From positions 60,264,001 through 60,328,000 of the forward strand of contig NC_043004.1 in assembly GCF_006345805.1 (NCBI RefSeq): a stretch of 64,000 nt of DNA, given 5' to 3'. Source of the stretch: Octopus sinensis (Eukaryota). The stretch's first letter is position 1. Each line of letters begins with the position of its first letter. Shown here piece by piece: positions 55,880 through 64,000 of the stretch. A model generated the notes under the pieces. That model searched no databases and was not told the origin of the DNA. It worked only from the letters and a program-made list of their open reading frames with translations. The position numbers and the translations under genes were made by a program.

Positions 55880-56161
55880 TATTCGTCAATGTCGACGACG
55901 ACGTTGACCTTTAGGGATCTTATCCTACATTTTTTGAGTTGATTGATATAAAAGCAGTTCGATCCTGGAATGGCATGTCCTTGAACACAGATGACAAGGG
56001 AAGTTGCCCATTATGTTGTTTGTTCGTCCGAGATGACGTTGACGTGCTTTTTCCTCAAGTTCCTCATGTCGGATTAGTTCAAAGTGTGCGGCTCCTTCTT
56101 TGGAGAAGGGGCGCCAGGTGTACAACTTCCGATCAAAATGTTCGCGTTCTGTGGTGATCAA
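55880..56161 (-). mobile_element. RTE-clade LINE 3' end with C-terminal zinc-finger relic
   Basis: DRKLYTWRPFSKEGAAHFE...FPCHLCSRTCHSRIELL resembles RTE/BovB-type C-termini. Confidence 0.65.
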
Positions 56162-56835
56162 GTAAAAACGAATATTATCAAAGAGATTTTAGATATTATA
56201 GAACTATTTATTAGAGATAATCGTAAATATAAAAATATTTTCTGTACTGATAATTTTGGAGTAGGTTATTCCACTACTAATAATGTAGGTAACATTATTT
56301 CTTCATTTAATAAATTTAAACTGAATAATTTTTATAAAAATAAATTATTTGATAATAATAATAAGGATAAGACATATATTAATTGTACTTGTAGAGATAA
56401 ATCTAAATTTAAATTAAATAGTAAATGTGATATTAAAGATGTAGTGTATAAATGTATAGTTACATTACATGATAATAACTTTAAGAAGAATAATTACCCA
56501 AAAGCGGTTTATATAGGGTCTACTTCCTCTAAAATAAAATTAAGAATCGCACAACATATGAATTCTTTTAAAAATAAAAACTTAATCAACTCCACTGGAC
56601 TTAGTAAGTACATTTGGAGAATTAAATCACAAAATATTAATTATAGTTTAAATTGGGAAATAATTTGTAAAACTAAATCATATACTATAGGACGAATTGT
56701 TGTTATTTATGCTCTAATGAGTTTAAAGAAATTTTATTTTATAAGTTTGATAATTTACTTAATATAGGTGAAGAGCGCAAAATAAAATGTAGACATAGAT
56801 TACTTTACCTATATAATAGGTTCCATGATAAATAA
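56162..56835 (+). pseudogene. Penelope-like ORF C-terminus: linker plus GIY-YIG endonuclease, frameshifted near 56690
   Basis: NCTCRDK...KCDIKDVVYKC...KAVYIGST...KLRIAQHMNSF...STGLSKYIWRIK, then in another frame NCCYLCSNEFKEILFYKFDNLLN...KCRHR, stop 56833-56835. Confidence 0.88.
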
Positions 56836-59600
56836 AATTAATAGCCCCCTATTATAGGTTATTTTAGGTTAATTTGTTTTTAGTTTAGAGTACCAAGTAT
56901 ATATTTCTAGTTTTATAGTTTAGACTTTAATTATAGTTAGTATTTAATTGGTTTTTTTTGTTTTGTATTTAATTAATATTTTATTGAGTGAGGGAATGAA
57001 TAATAGTGTATATATCGAGTTTGTACGTAAGTATATGTATGTGTGAGTGTGTATTTGGTTATGTTTGTGGGTGTGTGTATATATGTGTGTGTATTTGTGT
57101 GTATTGTGTATGAAAGGGGTTTTATCTTTATCTTTTTATTTGTATGTATGGACTTCATTATCATGATTAGTTTAATAAGTATTTTGCATGAAGGTATGGG
57201 TGTGTATGTAGGTGTGCGTGTCTATAAGTGTAAGTATAGATGCGGTAGTGTATGAGTGCTATGTAATTGAGTGTAATTATTTATGTAATTGTATACATGC
57301 AAGTTTTGAATGTCTGTGTGATTGCACCCGTCTGCGTGTACACACTCATTTTTATATATATATATTTTAATATCTATTTGAGTTTTAGTTTTTATGGTTT
57401 TTTTAAAGAATTGTAGAAAGTTTTGTATATTCCATTCATATTATGTGTAGAAATGTTGTTTTTCTTTTGTATGTTTATGTATGTGTGAATGTGTGTGTGT
57501 GTGCGTTTTTGCTTGTAACGAGTTTTGTACGTATGTATTTGTATGAGTGAGTGAGTATATGGTTATGTTTGAGGGTGTGTGTATATATGTGTGTGTATTT
57601 GTGTGTATTATGTAAGGGGTTGTATCTTTATATTTATACTTGTATGTATGGATTTTATTTATCATGATTTTTTTAATAAGAATTTTTGTATGTAGGTATG
57701 GGTGTGTATGTATGTGTGAGTGTGTACAAGTGTAAGTGTAGATGTGGGAGTGTATGAGTGCTATGTAAATGGGTGTGATTATTTATGCACTTGTATACAT
57801 GTAAGTTTTGAATGTGCGTGTGATTGCACCCGTCTGCGTGTACACACTCTTTTATATATATTTTAATATATACATATGAGTTTTCGTTTATCATGGTCGT
57901 TTTATTAAAGTTTGTTTGTATCGAGATTTGTACGTATGTATATGTATGTGTGAGTGTGTATATGGTTATGTTTGTGGGTGTGTGTATATATGTGTGTGTA
58001 TTTGTGTGTATTGTGTTAGGGTTGTATAATTATATTTATACTTGTATGTATGGATTTCATTCATAAATGATATATAAATTAATAAAATTAATAGCCCCCT
58101 ATTAAAGGTTACTGTAGATTAATTTGTTTTTAGTTTAGAGTACCATATATATATTTTCAGTTATATAGTTTAGACTTTAATTATAGTTAGTATTTAATTG
58201 GTATTTCTTTGTTTTGTATTTACTTAATATTTTATTGAGTGTGTGAATGAATATTAGTGTATATATCGAGTTTGTACGTATGTATATGTATGTGTGAGTG
58301 TGTATATGGTTATGTTTGTGGTGTGTGTATATATGTGTGTGTATTTGTGTGTATTGTGTATGAATGGGGTTTTATCTTTATCTTTATATTTGTATGTATA
58401 GACTTCATTATCATGATTAGTTTAATAAGTATTTTGTATGTAGGTATGGGTGTGTATGTATGTGTGCGTGTGTATAAGTGTAAGTATAGATTCGGTAGTG
58501 TATGAGTGCTATGTAATTGAGTGTGATTATTTATGTACTTGTATACATGCAAGTTTTGAATGTCCGTGTGATTGCACCCGTCTGCGTGTACACACTCATT
58601 TTTATATATATATATTAATATCTATATGAGTTTTCGTTTTTTATGGTTTTTTTAAAGAATTTGTAGAAAGTTTTGTATATCCATTCATAATTTTTTAATT
58701 TACGTTTGTTTACTACGCGCTAAGATTTTTATATTCCATTCATAATTTTAAAGACGCTGTTTTACGCGGCGCTAATAATTTTTATATGTTCGTTTCCATG
58801 GTAACGCAATTTTTTGTTTATTGTAATAACGGATAAAGTTATTCACTTCAAAATTTGATACTGATTAGAAGGTATGTATATTTTTCTCCTTTGTTAATCT
58901 TGTTACTTATGATAATCTGATTTCTTATGGAGTATTTTATATATCGTATTATGTGTAGAGATGTTGTTTTCTTTTGTATGTTTATGTATGTGTGAATTTG
59001 TGTGCGTGTGCGTATTTGATTGTATCGAGTTTGTACGTATTATTTGTATGTGTGAGTGTGTATATGGTTATGTTTGTGGGTGGTGTGTGTATATGTGTGT
59101 GTATTTATGTGTATTGTGTAATGGGTTGTATCTTTATATTTATACTTGTATGTATGGATTTTATTTATCATGATTATTTTACTAAGAATTTTTGTATGTA
59201 GGTATGGGTGTGTATGTATGTGTGAGAGTGTACAAGTGTAAGTGTAGATGTGGGAGTGTATGAGTGCTATGTAATTGGGTGTGATTATTTATGCACTTGT
59301 ATATATGTAAGTTTTGAATGTGCGTGTGATTGCACCCGTCTGCGTGTACACACTCTTTTTTTATATATATATTAATATATATGAGTTTTCGTTTTTCATG
59401 GTCGTTTTATTAAAGTTTGTTTGTATCGGGACTTGTACGTATGTATATGTATGTGTGAGTGTGTATATGGTTATGTTTGTGGGTGTGTGTATATATGTGT
59501 GTGTATTTGTGTGTATTGTGTTAGGGTTTGTATAGTTATATTTATACTTGAATGTATGGATTTCATTTCCATTCATAATTTTTTAAATGTTTGATATCCA
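56831..59600 (+). repeat. G/T-skewed complex tandem array with A-B-A-B higher-order structure
   Basis: Anchor GATTGCACCCGTCTGCGTGTACACACTC at 57320, 57822, 58570, 59328; AATAAAATTAATAGCCCCCTATTA at 56831 and 58081. Confidence 0.9.
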
Positions 59601-60167
59601 CGTGCTAAGAATTGTTCGGTTTTCTTTTGAGTGTTTATGTATGTGTGAAAATGTGTGTGTGTGTGTGTGTGTGTGATTGTTTGCGTAATTTATTTATCTG
59701 TATGGGTGTGGGTGTTTATATATTGGTATATATCGTGTTCTGTATGTATGTGTATGTATATGTATGTGTGAGCGGGTATATGTATATTGTTTATGAATTG
59801 AGTGTTGTATGTGTGTGTGAGGAAGTATGAATAAGTAATGTGTTGAGTGTATGAGCATGTATGTGTATATATAGTTTATTTTTTGTTTTTTGTTTTTTGC
59901 TTTTAGGTTTTGGTTTTTGTTTTTTGCTTGTTGTTTTTTGGTTTTTGTACATTTTTAAATATGAGAAATTTTATAATAGGTTGTTATATTCAATTGTTTA
60001 TAGGGTTTATTTTAGATTATTTTAGATTATAGATTGATTATATATAGATTATATATAGATTATATATAGATTATATTTTTATTTCTTTCATTGATAATTT
60101 TATTGCTTTATTATTTTAAATTATTTTAAATTATATTTTAAAATATTGCTATTCTTAGATCGAAAAT

Positions 60168-60210
60168 CCACCTGAAGATTGTCGGAGCAGACATGAAACA
60201 TTTGTAGTGG
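60168..60210 (+). ncRNA. Minimal type I hammerhead ribozyme (family C)
   Basis: Stem I CCAC/GUGG; CUGAAGA 60172-60178; U.U then UGUC/GACA, loop GGAGCA; GAAA-C-AUUU-G-U-A, cleavage after 60206. Confidence 0.75.
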
Positions 60211-60294
60211 CGGTTTATTTAATTTATATAAAAATTTTATGTATTGATTAAGTCTTTCCTTGTTTGGTTTTAAAATAGTGGTTTTGTCTCGAAT

Positions 60295-60337
<43 letters not shown>

Positions 60338-60484
60338 ACTAGCATTGCATCCTGGAGTTGCCTAGGTGTTATGAATTGAATTGTAATTGTGTTCCTTTCT
60401 TATGGGCAGAATCGGAACACGAGGACTATGGAGCAAACAACTCCTCTTTATAAACATGCTTTTCTGTCATTTGCTGATGAACAA

Positions 60485-60640
60485 CGCTGCAGATTCCGTC
60501 TACCAAATTAAGTCAGAAGATTGTAGTTGTCCCAGAGCAATAATTGAAAACACTTGCCAAAGTATCATGCAGAAGGACTGGACTGAACGTGGAATTATGT
60601 GGTTGGGAAGCAATCTTCCCAACCACACACTCATTATTAT
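60485..60640 (-). mobile_element. Old diverged S1 SINE head
   Basis: Minus strand CTTCCCAACCAC...GTTCAGTCC...TTGGCAAGTG...ATTTGGTAGACGGAA. Confidence 0.7.
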
Positions 60641-61069
60641 GCAAATGTTTGTGTGTGTGTGTTGGTTTACATCTCTTGTTAAACTGAGTACCGCGTCTCA
60701 TTATATCCCAATGTTTGCAGATCACCAAGAAGAGATCTCTAAATTAAATGCCAGATTGAAATACGTACTGAGGTCAGTTTTATCAATTAAATTTTTCAGT
60801 GTAAAATATTGTGTAAGCACTTAAGATCTCAATGGCTTCACATTTAAGGTGATGGATTAATAACAACAAAATAATGAGTTCAAAACTTCGCATTGAACTT
60901 CCATTCTATACGAAAGCACTATATGTACTTGTCAGACTTCTTGGCCTCTAACAATAAACAATTGTAATTTGAAGTTGAATAGTTAGCACTAAGAAAGGTA
61001 GTCAGATTTCTTTAAAATTCTTGTGCAAAATATTCTGTGAAAAGTAATTTTCACCACAATACACACACA

Positions 61070-61122
<53 letters not shown>

Positions 61123-61687
61123 ACACGCACAACCACAAACAAATTTGTTTCTGTGGGTATTTGAGCTACTACAAATATCAGCCGAATCTCTTTTATGAAA
61201 AGACACAGATTTAGAGTATTTCAGGAAGAAGAAAACAAAATAAATACCCTGCCGAGGATGTGCTATATCAGTGGCATTTCTGAACTAAACAAGACACTGA
61301 TAAACATACTACACATTAAAAGATTATCTATTAAATAATACTAATAAAGTTGAGTGTATATATTCGAAGTTACCTTCCCTAGTAAAGCTCCATACTTTTA
61401 AAACATTTTCTTATTATGCTCTATTCAAGAGAGATTGTTCAGGTAGAGTTGCCATCCTTAGCTAAAGATCACAAAATAGTGCGACCCGACATAGTTTTCG
61501 AGTTTATCTTTGTAGTAAAATGGATTTGGGTAACAAACGTACTCTATTTAGTAGCCGAAAGAATCATTTGAATCGTTTGATACCTCATACGTCAAAATCA
61601 GCGATTCAGTTTTCGAATTTATAAGGTACATACGCACGCACACACACAGACACATCAGACAAACACATACACGCACGCGCGCACACA

Positions 61688-61728
61688 CATAGATAGATAG
61701 AGAGACAGACAGACAGACAGATAGATAT

Positions 61729-61777
<49 letters not shown>

Positions 61778-61801
61778 AATAAAGAATGCTAGCTAGCTAG
61801 C

Positions 61802-61871
<70 letters not shown>

Positions 61872-61895
61872 TAGATAGATAAATAGATAGATAAA
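61688..61895. repeat. (GATA)n microsatellite
   Basis: Direct reading. Confidence 0.9.
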
Positions 61896-62828
61896 TGAGA
61901 AAGAGCAAAGGAGAGACAAACATATTTTGCCATTCATAGTGTGTTGGTGTACAGGTTAACAGATGTCCATATACAATTCTATCGCATTGTTTTGTTGTGC
62001 ATAAATATGTCTATTTCTTGGGCTATCATGAAAAAAGATCATCTTAGTAACATAATCTGTATTGCTTCACATTTCATAGATACCAAAAAAGTTATTATTT
62101 ACATGCATAATAAAGGCGAAAGTTTGTTTTAGGTTCTCGGCATGTTTGTCTAAATGAGAACGTATAAGTGCAGCTATTGAAGAAATGTTGCTGACAATAG
62201 ATATCAGTATCAAATAACACAGGAAGTGAGGTTTTCTTCATGACCAATGAAAAAAAAAAAATAAATGACTTAAACTTCCGGAATCGAACACAGAAGAGAA
62301 GCCATTAAAAATTGTTCTGACAAGCGGTCTTTTGTTACTAATGTCTATATAAACTGTATTACAGACAAAAATACATACAAACACACACATACGCATATAT
62401 TTGTACGCACACACACACATATACAGATGCACGCACATATATAAACACACATAAATGACGCAAATATACATATATATATATATGCATGCCTATATGCATA
62501 TACATATATGTAAGCATACATCCACGCGTTCACACACACTATGCGCATACTCACACATGTGAGAGGTTATGCTTTTCGTAGTATATGTATGAAGATATAT
62601 GCAACCAATGCATGTGTAAATGTTAGCTCAGTAAATGCAGTAAACTACGTCATTTTCTAGGAAACTTGATGTTTGTTGAAAATTGTAATAGAAAGAGAAG
62701 AATGTCTCATTCGCCTCTAAGACTTCCCTAAAGAATGCGCGCTTAAACTGGGGAGAATTCATCGTCTCATCTGTCTCTCTATCTCTCTCCCCCCACTACT
62801 TACTTTCGTTCTCTCACTACCTATATGC

Positions 62829-62860
<32 letters not shown>

Positions 62861-63464
62861 TATAATATATATATATATATCTATATATATATATATATAT
62901 ATATATGCATATATATATGAACACATACCTATGATGATAGATAGGTAGAGAGAGAGAGGTGGAGGTGTTGATTGTGATATGTGTGTGTGTAAGTGTTTTC
63001 TTGTGGATATGATGTTCACTTTGCAGCCAACCGGTTCGCTATTCAACGCGATAGAACGAAACCATGTAAAATAATTTGTAGTGGATCTTGTATTTACAAA
63101 TGTTTGTCGTGTGTATTTTATTTAGAACAAAATAAGTGGAAATGTCTTCCGCCTTTCACAGCCTTCTGTTCTTTGAGTCTGGTCGCCTGTGAACCTGTTC
63201 GTCTGACTGACTGTCTCACTGTGTGTGTGCGTGGGCGCACGCGCGCACGTGCGTGTGTATTTAAATCTATATCTATACCTACATCTCTATCTGTCTATCT
63301 TTCTATCTATCTATCTATCTATATATATATATATATATATCTATTTATCTACCTACCTACTTCATTACCTACCTAACTACTTACCTACCAATCTATCAAT
63401 CAATAGATCAATCTATCTCCTCTCTCTCACACAAACACTCTCTGTCTGTCTGTGTCTCTTTCCC

Positions 63465-63479
<15 letters not shown>

Positions 63480-63502
<23 letters not shown>

Positions 63503-63632
63503 TTGATAGATAGAGAGATATATATGTATGTACATATACATATTCTAAATCATTGATAGGGAAGACACAAACACACAACTACATATATATATAATATATA
63601 TATAATATATATATATATAGATATATATATAC

Positions 63633-63684
<52 letters not shown>

Positions 63685-63726
63685 CTTACATATATATATA
63701 TATATACATATATATATATTATATAT

Positions 63727-63758
<32 letters not shown>

Positions 63759-63770
63759 ATATATATTTCT
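63480..63770. repeat. (TA)n-rich tract
   Basis: Direct reading; boundaries approximate. Confidence 0.85.
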
Positions 63771-64000
63771 AATGAGTTCAGTATGTGGCAAAGTAATTTA
63801 TTTTACTAAGCCCTTTTATATAATGTAATATTTTGAATTCGCCTTAAATGGTCCTTTTACATACTGAATACTTGGTGAAATTGATTAATAACTAATTAAT
63901 TTTACCGTCAATTGTTGAAAGTATAATTCATTTCTCTCTGTTTATTGCCTCGGTTTTCACCGCTAAAATATGGTGTTTGCTAGTTTAGCCCACGTGGGTG

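Larger units (their letters stand above)
56162..60300 (+). mobile_element. PLE family C: truncated ORF, long tandem 3' region, terminal hammerhead, (TA)n
   Basis: ORF and hammerhead are co-oriented; the array starts at the stop codon; the element ends in (TA)n. Continuity across the array is inferred. Confidence 0.65.

Noticed and set aside
56831-59600. Regularly recurring 28-bp anchor resembling a CRISPR repeat
   Set aside because: Intervening sequences are 500-750 bp and homologous to each other; eukaryotic context with no cas genes.
60387-60824. 145-aa ORF
   Set aside because: Overlaps a decayed S1 SINE on the opposite strand.

Overview
Eukaryotic, AT-rich, microsatellite-saturated DNA with no intact host gene that I can support. 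The SINE families and the density of (TA)n, (TATC)n and (TACA)n resemble an octopod cephalopod genome; this is recognition from memory, not a search result. Almost all listed ORFs are microsatellite translations. Real coding relics are transposon fragments: R4/Dong-type RLE LINEs, RTE LINEs, mariner and one Penelope-like (PLE) GIY-YIG C-terminus. There are also four tRNA-SINE-like families and two Helitron-like non-autonomous copies. The main signal is a set of at least four unrelated (TA)n-anchored, PLE-type elements, each carrying a type I hammerhead ribozyme fold that I derived by hand. Family A occurs at 3.4, 9.9 and 15.9-17.2 kb with fold-back termini. Family B is a ~498-bp tandem, retrozyme-like unit at 10.3-11.7 kb. 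Family C is a GIY-YIG ORF end followed by a 3.3-kb higher-order tandem 3' region and a terminal hammerhead at 56.2-60.3 kb. Family D is a degenerate hammerhead plus a 120-bp inverted repeat at 33 kb.
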